From Alphaproteobacteria bacterium (GTDB taxonomy: Bacteria > Pseudomonadota > Alphaproteobacteria > SHVV01), in the NCBI GenBank assembly GCA_965261735.1, contig OZ253470.1, forward strand, positions 128,001-192,000: a stretch of 64,000 nt of DNA. Reading direction: 5' to 3'. Both the position numbers and the translations under genes were made by a program. Shown here in pieces: positions 1 to 8,646 of the stretch. Within the stretch, counting starts at the first letter, position 1, and each line of letters starts with the position of its first letter. A model generated the notes under the pieces. That model was not told the DNA's origin. It saw nothing but the letters and a program-made list of their open reading frames with translations, and did no database searches.

Positions 1-1175
1 TCGACGCTGCCGCCGTAGAGCCTTTCCAGGACCCACCGACGGGCGTCCGGAGCGGCGTCAGGTGGCCAAAACCGGCGCATGTCGTCGACCGGGACGCCGT
101 GGAACGCGCCCGCCACCATGACGCGCACGCCGTCGGCGCCAAGGTTCGCGGTCGCCGTCATCTCGACCTTGCCACGACCCGTATCGAGGTACAGCTCGTC
201 GAGCTGGACCCCTGAGAATCCCTCGAGCAGGCGGCCACGGGCCGAGGCTTGCGTAAGCGCCAAATCCTCGGCAAGCAGCCCGGCCAGCGCGATCGACCCG
301 GCGCCACCGCTGATGTCGAACGCGACCTGCGACACGGCGGCGCGCGCATCGACAACGAACCGCACCTCACCCGAGAGCGGCAAGCGCACGTCCGCCAGCG
401 CCCGCAACCTCGGCGTCGAGGCCGCCAGCCGAGGGGGGTCGACCTCACTGAATCGGACACTCACGGTAGTGCTGCTTGACGAGGCCGCGTGCACGGCTGC
501 GACCGCCAGATGCACCAATTCCCCGTCGAGATCGAGATCGATGAAGGCCTCGCCATTGAAGCCGCCATCATGACCCCAGAGCGTGAGATCGGCCCGACGC
601 GCGCGCCATTCGCTCCCGCTCGGCCGATCGACGAGCGTAAAGCCGGCGCCGCTGATGCCGATGCGGCTCAGCAGCCCCGTCTGCCGCGACGGATCGGGGT
701 CGGCGAGAAACTGCGCCAGAAAGCCGGCGCCGAAATCGGCTACGTCGCGCCGCATACCGGCGCCGAGGTCGAGCTCGATGGCGCCATCGGCGTCACGTGT
801 CAACATCCCCTGGGCACCAATCAGGTCGATGCTGGTCGGCTGAATATGGCCGCGTAGCAGTTGAGAGCCGCTGAGGCCGAGCGAGATTCGGGGGATAGCC
901 GCAATCAGCGTGCCGTCGGGCCGGCGCACGCGCAGGCCGACCGCGGAGATATCGAGTGTGCGCTCCCAGCCTGCCCAGCTCAAGATCGTGTCGTCGAGCT
1001 CGACGAGGAACCCGTAATCACCGTTGTAGCTTAGGGCTTCCTGCAAGTAGGGCGTGAGAAACGCAAGCGTCAGCGGCCCCGCCGACAGGCGCCACGCGGC
1101 GGCCGCGACGACGATGGCGCCGGCAGCCGTGAGCGCCGCGACCGCACGAAAGACAAACCTGATCGCCGCCCACAT
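1..1175 (-). CDS. AsmA-like/YhdP (DUF3971) family membrane protein, N-terminal part; runs off the window start
   Basis: Manual minus-strand translation from ATG at 1175: MWAAIRFVFRAVAALTAAGAIVVAAAAWRLSAGPLTLAFLTPYLQEAL...LDDTILSWAGWERTLDI. N-terminal TM anchor and WRLxxGP-L-FLTPY pattern are typical of the alphaproteobacterial family. Absent from the ORF track because it has no stop in the window. Confidence 0.75.
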   Translation of the reverse strand, partial: MWAAIRFVFRAVAALTAAGAIVVAAAAWRLSAGPLTLAFLTPYLQEALSYNGDYGFLVELDDTILSWAGWERTLDISAVGLRVRRPDGTLIAAIPRISLGLSGSQLLRGHIQPTSIDLIGAQGMLTRDADGAIELDLGAGMRRDVADFGAGFLAQFLADPDPSRQTGLLSRIGISGAGFTLVDRPSGSEWRARRADLTLWGHDGGFNGEAFIDLDLDGELVHLAVAAVHAASSSSTTVSVRFSEVDPPRLAASTPRLRALADVRLPLSGEVRFVVDARAAVSQVAFDISGGAGSIALAGLLAEDLALTQASARGRLLEGFSGVQLDELYLDTGRGKVEMTATANLGADGVRVMVAGAFHGVPVDDMRRFWPPDAAPDARRWVLERLYGGSV

Positions 1176-1259
1176 CAACTCGACTACAGCCCGCCGCCGC
1201 CCCGACCTTGACCACCCGTTTCGCTTCGCGCAGTGTGCCCGAAACGCCAACGCGAAGAA

Positions 1260-4223
1260 ATGCAACAATTCCCCTTGCTAGAAGGAATCGCGGGCCTGCC
1301 GCCGCCGGCACTCCCGGAGATGGTCACGCGGGGCCTCGAGCGCTGGGCCGAGCGCGCGCGCGCGCTCGATGGCGAGATCGCCGATTTTGCGAGCGACTTC
1401 GCGACCCATCCCGCGGGATGCGAGTTGTTGGCGGCCGTTTTCGGCAACAGCCCCTTTTTGTCGCGCTGCCTTCTCGACGACCTGCCCTTTGCACGGACGC
1501 TCGCGAGCCAAAGGGCCGAGGCGAGCAAGGACGCGCTTCTCGCCGATCTTGCGGCGCGCCGCGGCACCTGGCGCGACCGCACCGAACTCATGCGGGCGTT
1601 GAGGATCGCGCGCCGGCGGTTTGCGCTACTCACCGCCCTCGCCGATATCATCGGTGCGTGGACGCTCAGCGAAACGACCGGCGCCCTGAGCGCGTTCGCC
1701 GGCGCGGCGCTAGGCACGGTCATCGCGTATCTGCTGTCCGAGGCCGCTGCCGCCGGTGATCTAGCGCTCGCGAATACCGAAGAACCGGCTGAATCGAGTG
1801 GCTTCTTCATCCTCGGGATGGGCAAGCTCGGGGCCCGCGAGCTCAACTACTCGAGCGATATCGACCTCATCGCGCTCTACGATCAGGACGTCGTCGCGTA
1901 TACCGGCGCCGCGACCACCCAACATTTCTTCGTGCGCCTCACGCAGGCGATCGTGCATATCCTCCAATCGCGCACCGGCGAAGGCTACGTGTTCCGGACC
2001 GACTTGCGCCTCAGGCCGGACGCCGGGGCGACGCCGCTGGCGCTGTCGACGGCCGCGGCCGAGAACTACTACGAAAGCGTGGGCCAGAACTGGGAGCGCG
2101 CGGCGATGATCAAGGCGCGCCCGGTGGCTGGCGACCTCGCCGCCGGCGACGCCTTTCTCGCTAGTATTCGACCGTTCGTGTGGCGCAAGAACCTCGATTT
2201 CGCCGCCATTGCCGATATTCACTCGATCAAGCGCCAGATACACGCCCATCGTGGGCACGGCGAGGTCACGGTCGCCGGGCACGACATCAAGCTCGGCCGA
2301 GGCGGCATTCGCGAGATCGAATTCTTCGCGCAAACGCAGCAACTCATAACCGGCGGGCGCGACGCGCGCCTGCGCCTGCGCCAAACCTGCGGCGCGATCC
2401 GTGCTCTGGCCGAGTCGAACCGGCTGTCGCAGGCCGCCGCGAACGAGCTCACCGCCGCCTACGAGTACCTCCGCCGTCTCGAACACCGGCTGCAGATGGT
2501 CAACGACGAGCAGACCCATACGCTGCCTGCCGACGAGGAGGGACTGGCCCACATCGCCGCCTTCATGGGCTACGCGAAGGCGAGCACGTTGGTCACCGAC
2601 CTGCGCGCCCATTTGACCAAGGTCGTAGGCCACTACGGCGCCCTGTTCGAGCGCGCAGCCCCGCTCGGCCCTCTCGGCAACCTCGTCTTCACGGGTATCG
2701 AGGACGATCCGGAGACCCTGGACACCTTGGAAAACCTGGGCTACCTCGAAGCCCACGTGGTGTCCTCGCGCGTGCGCAGTTGGCATCACGGCCGCTACCG
2801 AGCCACACGCAGTGTGCGCGCCCGCGAGACGTTGACGGCGCTGACACCGCGCATCCTCGAGGCGCTCGCCGGCACCGCCAATCCCGACGCCGCGTTCGTC
2901 AAGTTCGACGAATTCCTCGGCCGGCTCCCCGCGGGCGTTCAGCTCTTCGCCTTGTTTTTCGAGAACCCTGGTTTGCTCGATCTGGTGGCAGAGATCATGG
3001 GGAGCGCGCCGCGCCTTGCCGACAATCTGAGCCACAACACATCGCTGTTCGATGCGGTGCTCTCGCAGGGGTTCTTCGACCCACCGCCCACCAAGCGGAC
3101 GCTGAAGCGCGACCTCGATGCGGCCCTCGCCCTGGCGCGGGACTACCAGGACGAGCTCGACATCGCGCGCCGTTTCGCCAGCCAGCACAAGTTCCAGGTC
3201 GGCGTCCAAGTGCTGCGCAACACGGCGAGCGCTGCCGCGGCCTCACCCGCGCTAAGCGGCCTGGCGGACGTCCTCATCGACGCGATGCTGGTTGCGGTGG
3301 CCCGCGACTTCGCGGGCCAGCACGGGCACATCGAAGGCGCCAGCATGGCCGTCGTCGGGCTCGGTAAGTTGGGCGCTCGCGAGCTTACCGCCGCATCCGA
3401 CCTCGACCTCGTGTTTCTGTACGAGGCGGCCACCGGCGCGGAGCGCTCCGACGGACCTAAACCGCTCGCGCTCAACCAATATTTCAGTCGCTTGAGCCAG
3501 CGCTTCATCGCCTCACTCACCGCGCCCACCGGCGAAGGGCGGCTCTACGAGGTCGACATGAGGCTGCGCCCCGCGGGCGCCGCCGGACCGATCGCGAGCC
3601 ATGTGGCGGCATTCGCGAAGTACGAGCGCACAACGGCGTGGACCTGGGAGCATATGGCGCTGACCAGAGCCCGCGTCGTGGCCGCTCCGGCGCCCTTGCG
3701 GGCCCGGATCGGGCGCATCATCCGTGCCGTGCTGACGAGGAGAGCGGACACCGATAGGCTTCTCGCCGACGTCGCCGAGATGCGTCGTCGCGTCGCCCAA
3801 GAGCACGGGACCGACAATCCGTGGACCATAAAACATGTGCGCGGTGGCCTGGTCGACGTCGAGTTTCTTTGCCAATACCTACAATTGCGCCACGCGGCGG
3901 ACCATCCCTCCGTGCTCTGCGCCACGACCGCTGAAGCGTATCGGCGCCTCGGCGCGGCCGGCATCATTCCGAGTGCCGTGGCCGGGGAGCTAGCCGCCGC
4001 CTCGACCTTCCTTCATAACATCCAAGGGTTCCTCAGGCTGACCGTGGAGCACACCTTCGACGTGGAGTCCGCCTCCGAGGGGCTGCGCGCGGCGCTCGCC
4101 CGCGCCGGCGGCGCTCATGACGTCCACGCCGTGCGTTCGAGGCTCCTGGAGGTGCAGCAGGCCGTTTACGGCCGGTTCCGGGACTATATCGAGATCCCCG
4201 CGTCAATCGGCGGCGCGACGTAG
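1260..4223 (+). CDS. glnE: Bifunctional glutamine synthetase adenylyltransferase/adenylyl-removing enzyme
   Basis: Two nucleotidyltransferase domains: GMGKLGARELNYSSDIDL and GLGKLGARELTAASDLDL, plus RLRP, WER and K-RGG-EF motifs. Start approximate. Confidence 0.95.
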   Translation: MQQFPLLEGIAGLPPPALPEMVTRGLERWAERARALDGEIADFASDFATHPAGCELLAAVFGNSPFLSRCLLDDLPFARTLASQRAEASKDALLADLAARRGTWRDRTELMRALRIARRRFALLTALADIIGAWTLSETTGALSAFAGAALGTVIAYLLSEAAAAGDLALANTEEPAESSGFFILGMGKLGARELNYSSDIDLIALYDQDVVAYTGAATTQHFFVRLTQAIVHILQSRTGEGYVFRTDLRLRPDAGATPLALSTAAAENYYESVGQNWERAAMIKARPVAGDLAAGDAFLASIRPFVWRKNLDFAAIADIHSIKRQIHAHRGHGEVTVAGHDIKLGRGGIREIEFFAQTQQLITGGRDARLRLRQTCGAIRALAESNRLSQAAANELTAAYEYLRRLEHRLQMVNDEQTHTLPADEEGLAHIAAFMGYAKASTLVTDLRAHLTKVVGHYGALFERAAPLGPLGNLVFTGIEDDPETLDTLENLGYLEAHVVSSRVRSWHHGRYRATRSVRARETLTALTPRILEALAGTANPDAAFVKFDEFLGRLPAGVQLFALFFENPGLLDLVAEIMGSAPRLADNLSHNTSLFDAVLSQGFFDPPPTKRTLKRDLDAALALARDYQDELDIARRFASQHKFQVGVQVLRNTASAAAASPALSGLADVLIDAMLVAVARDFAGQHGHIEGASMAVVGLGKLGARELTAASDLDLVFLYEAATGAERSDGPKPLALNQYFSRLSQRFIASLTAPTGEGRLYEVDMRLRPAGAAGPIASHVAAFAKYERTTAWTWEHMALTRARVVAAPAPLRARIGRIIRAVLTRRADTDRLLADVAEMRRRVAQEHGTDNPWTIKHVRGGLVDVEFLCQYLQLRHAADHPSVLCATTAEAYRRLGAAGIIPSAVAGELAAASTFLHNIQGFLRLTVEHTFDVESASEGLRAALARAGGAHDVHAVRSRLLEVQQAVYGRFRDYIEIPASIGGAT

Positions 4224-4360
4224 CCGCCAACCCGGCCCCGTGGCCCCCGGGGCGCGCGATCGTGGGCCGCCCCGCCACGGGTTGCAAAGGCGAACCCAAA
4301 CCGGTATTGCAGATGGCCCGCGCGAAGAGATCGGCACGCGGTGAAAAGGGGGCGGCCAAC

Positions 4361-5680
4361 GTGCGCGAATTACTCGAGGGTCTTTTTCCCGAACGACAAC
4401 TGATCTACCGCAGCCGCGGCAAGGTGCGGTACGCGTCGTTCTCGCGACCGGTCCAGATCGCCCTGTCGGTCGGCATGATCGGATTTCTCCTGTGGGTCGC
4501 TTTCGCGTCGGCTCAGCTCGTCTTCAAGGACCGGGTCATCGCGCTCAAGAACCTGCGCATTTCAGAGATGGAGGCGGGTTACAAGTCGTTAGCGGCGGAC
4601 CTGGACGACGCCCATACGCGGTTCACCGCCCTTACCGGCGAGCTCGAGGACAAGCACGCCCAGCTCGTCGCGGTGCTACGCCAGAGGGAGCTCCTGGAAG
4701 AGGAGCTCGGCGCCGTCAACAGCGACCTCGAGACCGTAACGGCGGAGCGCGATCTGGCTGCGGACTTGCGCGACCGCCTGTCATCGCGCATTGCCGCGAT
4801 CGAAACGGCGCTGGAGGGCGCGGTCGACGACAAATCGAGCCTGAAGATCGCGCTGCGCAACACGAAGGAGTGGCTCGACACGCTCACCGGGCAGCGCATC
4901 AGAGCGTTGCGCGCACAGGAGCGGCTATCGATTCGCGTCGGCGGCCTGGAGGAGCGCCTGGCCCGCATCAAGGTCGCGCAGCACAAGCTGATCGACCGGG
5001 TGCAGCAGCGAACCCAGGGCGCACTCGCCGCGCTCGAGACGACGATCGCCCTCACGGGACTCGACCTGGCGGCTCTCTTCGACGACGGCTCGGGCGCGGC
5101 GCGCGGACAGGGCGGTCCCTTCTACGGCCTCGACGCGATCACCGACCGTGCCGGTGTGTTCCCGGGCATGGACGGCAGATTCGAGTCGAGCGTCCTCAAA
5201 CTCGAAAACCATCTCGTACGGTGGGAGGACTTGCGGAGCGTGCTCGAGCACCTACCGCTCGTCGCGCCGGTCGATAGCTACAGCGTCGCCAGCGGTTTTG
5301 GACGCCGCCGCGATCCCTTCACGGGGCGTCGCGGCATGCACTACGGCGTCGACTTTGCGGGTGTTTTCAAGACGACCGTGCGCAGTCCCGCCCCTGGATC
5401 GGTGGTCTTCGCCGGCCGCAAGGGCCCCTACGGCAAGACGGTCGAGATCGACCACGGCCTCGGCGTCAGAACGCGCTACGGCCACCTCCACCGCATCCTC
5501 GTCAAGAAGGGCCAAGAGGTTGAGTTTCGCCAGAAGATCGGCCTGATGGGCAGTACCGGCCGCAGCACTGGCTCGCATGTTCATTACGAGATACGCTTCA
5601 GGGGCAAGCCGCAGGATCCGAAGAAGTTCTTGAAAGCGGGGAGGCATGTTTTCAAAAACCAAACCCAAATCGGGCAGTAG
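4361..5680 (+). CDS. M23 family peptidoglycan endopeptidase with N-terminal TM and coiled coil (LmdC-like)
   Basis: HYGVDF, TRYGHL and GRSTGSHVHYE M23 motifs; N-terminal FPERQ-TM segment and long coiled coil. Start uncertain (4313 ATG or 4361 GTG). Confidence 0.9.
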   Translation: MRELLEGLFPERQLIYRSRGKVRYASFSRPVQIALSVGMIGFLLWVAFASAQLVFKDRVIALKNLRISEMEAGYKSLAADLDDAHTRFTALTGELEDKHAQLVAVLRQRELLEEELGAVNSDLETVTAERDLAADLRDRLSSRIAAIETALEGAVDDKSSLKIALRNTKEWLDTLTGQRIRALRAQERLSIRVGGLEERLARIKVAQHKLIDRVQQRTQGALAALETTIALTGLDLAALFDDGSGAARGQGGPFYGLDAITDRAGVFPGMDGRFESSVLKLENHLVRWEDLRSVLEHLPLVAPVDSYSVASGFGRRRDPFTGRRGMHYGVDFAGVFKTTVRSPAPGSVVFAGRKGPYGKTVEIDHGLGVRTRYGHLHRILVKKGQEVEFRQKIGLMGSTGRSTGSHVHYEIRFRGKPQDPKKFLKAGRHVFKNQTQIGQ

Positions 5681-6107
5681 AGGTAACGGTCGTGAAGCGC
5701 GCGCCGCGCCCTCGCTCATCAGCGCCAATCTTCATATTATCGGCAACCTGAACTCCGACGGCGAGGTCCAGGTCGACGGTATTATCGAAGGCAACGTGGC
5801 CGGCCGCTCGCTCACCATCGGCGAAAAGGCCGAGGTCAAGGGCGAGATTCGCGCCGATGACGTCATGGTGCACGGCATCGTCAGCGGCAGGATCCGCGCC
5901 CACCGGGTGCGACTGGCCAAAACGGCCAAGGTCGTCGGCGATATCTGCCACGAAGTGCTCGCGATCGAATCCGGGGCCTATATCGAAGGGCACTGCAAGC
6001 GGCTCGAAGGCAAGCGCGACGAGTCCGAGAAGAAGATCAATCTGGTGACCGATCGCGATCTCGGCGCAGGCCGAGCCGCCGCAAGGGAAGGCTCAAGCTC
6101 CCCCTAA
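5646..6107 (+). CDS. Bactofilin (polymer-forming cytoskeletal protein)
   Basis: MFSK membrane-targeting N-terminus; beta-helical repeats SLISANLHIIGNL...VQVDGIIEGNV...LAIESGAYIEG; overlaps the M23 gene. Confidence 0.92.
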   Translation: MFSKTKPKSGSRGNGREARAAPSLISANLHIIGNLNSDGEVQVDGIIEGNVAGRSLTIGEKAEVKGEIRADDVMVHGIVSGRIRAHRVRLAKTAKVVGDICHEVLAIESGAYIEGHCKRLEGKRDESEKKINLVTDRDLGAGRAAAREGSSSP

Positions 6108-6258
6108 GGCCTGCTCACCAGCCCACCCTCGTCGCGCCGCACGGGTAGCCGCGCGGCCTGGGCGGCGAGATCGGCTCGCCCCGCCGTCACGCGCGGCTCG
6201 CGGGCGGGATCAAGACCTGCCCTACGATCAAAGAACCAAGGACGTCGGGGGATGATGC

Positions 6259-7153
6259 ATGCCTGACCTTTACAAGGTCTCGGGTGTCGCGCGCACGGCG
6301 AATCAGGACGAGATCAAGCGCGCCTACCGCTGCTTGGCGAAGGAATTCCATCCCGACCTGCACCCCGACAGGCCAAGGTCGAGGCCAAGTTCAAGGACAT
6401 CTCGGCCGCCTACCATCTGCTGTCGGACCCGAACAGGCGCGCCAAGTACGATCGCGGCGAGATCGACGCTTCCGGTGCCGAACGGCCCGAGCGCACCTTC
6501 TATCGCCACTTCGCCGACCACGACGGAGGGGGCGCCTTCTTCGACCAGCTGAGCACTATCTTTGGCGACTCTTTCATGGGCGCCAAGATGAGCCGTGGCC
6601 CCCCGTTTCGTATGCGCGGCGCCGAGGTTGCCTTGGCGATGCAAGTCGGTTTCATCGAGGCGGCGACCGGCGCCCGCAAGCGGATCCCCTGGCCGGCGCG
6701 CCGATCGAGGTCGACATTCCCGCCGGCATCCGAGACGGTCAGACCATTCGCATCGCGGGCAAGGGGAATGCGGGACTGGGCGGCGGGCCACCCGGCGATG
6801 CTCTGATCCGTGTTCAGGTCGAAGCGCACCCGTGGTTCGGGCGCAAGGGAAACACCATTCTTCTCGAGCTCCCGGTGACGCTGGCCGAGGCGGTGCTGGG
6901 CGCAAGAGTCACGGTCCCCACGATCGAGGGCCCGGTGATGCTAACGATCCCGCGCAACGCCAACACTGGAACGACACTCCGGCTCAAGGGGAAGGGTATC
7001 CGCTCGGCGCGCGCCAAGAAGAGAGGCGACCAACTGGTCAAGCTCAAGCTGGTGTTGCCGGACGGCAAGGACGCCGCGCTCGAGCGATTCGTCGAGGGCT
7101 GGGCACCGGACCACCCCTACAACCCGCGCCACCGCATGGAGACGGCGCCATGA
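6259..7153 (+). pseudogene. CbpA-like DnaJ-class chaperone with two frameshifts (~6370, ~6688)
   Basis: J-domain ([11 protein letters not shown]) in one frame, [15 protein letters not shown] in a second, and DnaJ_C (IPAGIRDGQTIR...LRLKGKG...GDQLV) in a third. Confidence 0.8.
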
Positions 7154-7487
7154 CGTCGCTCGAGGAGCTTGTCGTGGCGATCGACGAGCTTAGCGCCGCC
7201 GACCTCGAGGCCTGGGTGAGTAGCGGCTGGGTCGTGCCGGCGAAGCGCCGCCGGAGGCTCCACTTCAGCGCCGCCGACTGCGCCCGCGTGCGCCTAATCT
7301 GCGACATGCGCCATCACCTGATGATCGACGACGAAGCCACATGCCAATCGTGCTGTCGTTGCTCGACCAGGTATACGGTTTGCGCTATCGGCTCGGCGCC
7401 GTGGGCGCCGCCATCGAGGCACAGCCGGAGCCGGTGCGCAGGGCGATCGCCCAGTCCCTGGCCGATGCCCGCGTGAAGCCCGGCTGA
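7150..7487 (+). pseudogene. CbpM-like chaperone modulator, frameshifted ~7339
   Basis: MTSLEEL...WVSSGWV...FSAADCARVRLICDMRHHLMIDDEA continues in another frame as MPIVLSLLDQVYGLR to TGA 7485-7487; ATGA overlap with cbpA. Confidence 0.75.
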
Positions 7488-7499
7488 CCAGGGTCCGGG

Positions 7500-8628
7500 T
7501 TACTCGGCCTTGCCCTTGGCCTCGCTCCCCGACGACAGCCTGGCCGCCAGGGCAGCCGCGAGAAAGGCATCGAGGTCGCCATCCAGCACCGCTCGGGTGT
7601 TGCTCGTCTCGGTCCCCGTCCTGAGGTCCTTGACGAGCTGGTAGGGCTGCAAGACGTAGGAGCGGATCTGGTGACCCCAGCCGATGTCGCTCTTGCTGTC
7701 GTGTACCGCCTGCCGCTCCTGCTCGCGCTTTTGTAGCTCCGCCTCGTAGAGGCGCGCCTTGAGCATGCCCTGGGCTGCGGCACGGTTCTTGTGCTGCGAG
7801 CGGTCGGATTGGCATTGGACCACGATGCCCGTCGGTAGATGCGTGATTCGAACCGCGCTGTCGGTCCGATTGACGTGCTGGCCGCCGGCGCCGGAGGCGC
7901 GGTAGGTGTCGATCCGCAGGTCCTTGTCCTGGATGTCGATGCTTATCGTCTCGTCGATGACCGGATAGACCCCGACGCTGGCGAAGCTCGTGTGGCGGCG
8001 GGCGCTGGAATCGAACGGCGAGATACGGACGAGGCGGTGAACGCCGGTCTCGGTCTTGAGCCAGCCATAGGCATCGGCGCCGCGAACGCGAATCGTGGCC
8101 GACTTGATGCCCGCCTCTTCGCCCGGGCTTTCCTCTATCCACTCCACCTTGAAGCCGCGCGCCTCTGCCCACCGGGTGTACATGCGCGCGAGCATCTCGG
8201 CCCAGTCCTGGGATTCGGTACCGCCGGCGCCGGCGTGGACTTCGAGGTAGGAGTCGTTGCCGTCGGCCTCGCCCGACAGCAGACTTTCGATGCGCCGCCG
8301 CACCGCCCGATCGCGAATCGCCGCGAGCGCGGCCTCGGCCTCGGCAAGGACCGCTTCGTCGCCCTCGGCATCCGCCAGCTCGATCAGCTCGAGGGTGTCG
8401 GTAAACTCGCGTTCGAGCGCGACATAGTCGGCAAGGGACTCCTCCAACCTGGTGCGCTCGCGCATGAGCCGCTGAGCGGCCTCGGGATCGTCCCAAAGCT
8501 TGGGATCCTCGACACTCGCATTCAGCGCTTCGAGCCGCGCCTGCGCGTTGTCCCAGTCAAAGATACCTCCTCAGCAGCTCGAGCGACTGCTGGATTTCGC
8601 TGACGCGAGTTTCGGTTTCCGCCCGCAT
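7500..8628 (-). CDS. prfB: Peptide chain release factor 2 with programmed +1 frameshift
   Basis: SPF and GGQ motifs. First segment [23 protein letters not shown] ends at CTT TGA C and continues +1 as DWDNAQ. Confidence 0.97.
8556..8571 (-). promoter_or_regulatory. RF2 +1 frameshift cassette (internal Shine-Dalgarno plus CTTTGAC)
   Basis: Minus strand reads AGGAGG TAT CTT TGA C, the canonical prfB autoregulatory site. Confidence 0.95.
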
Positions 8629-8646
8629 GGCTTGCCGCAGGCCGCT

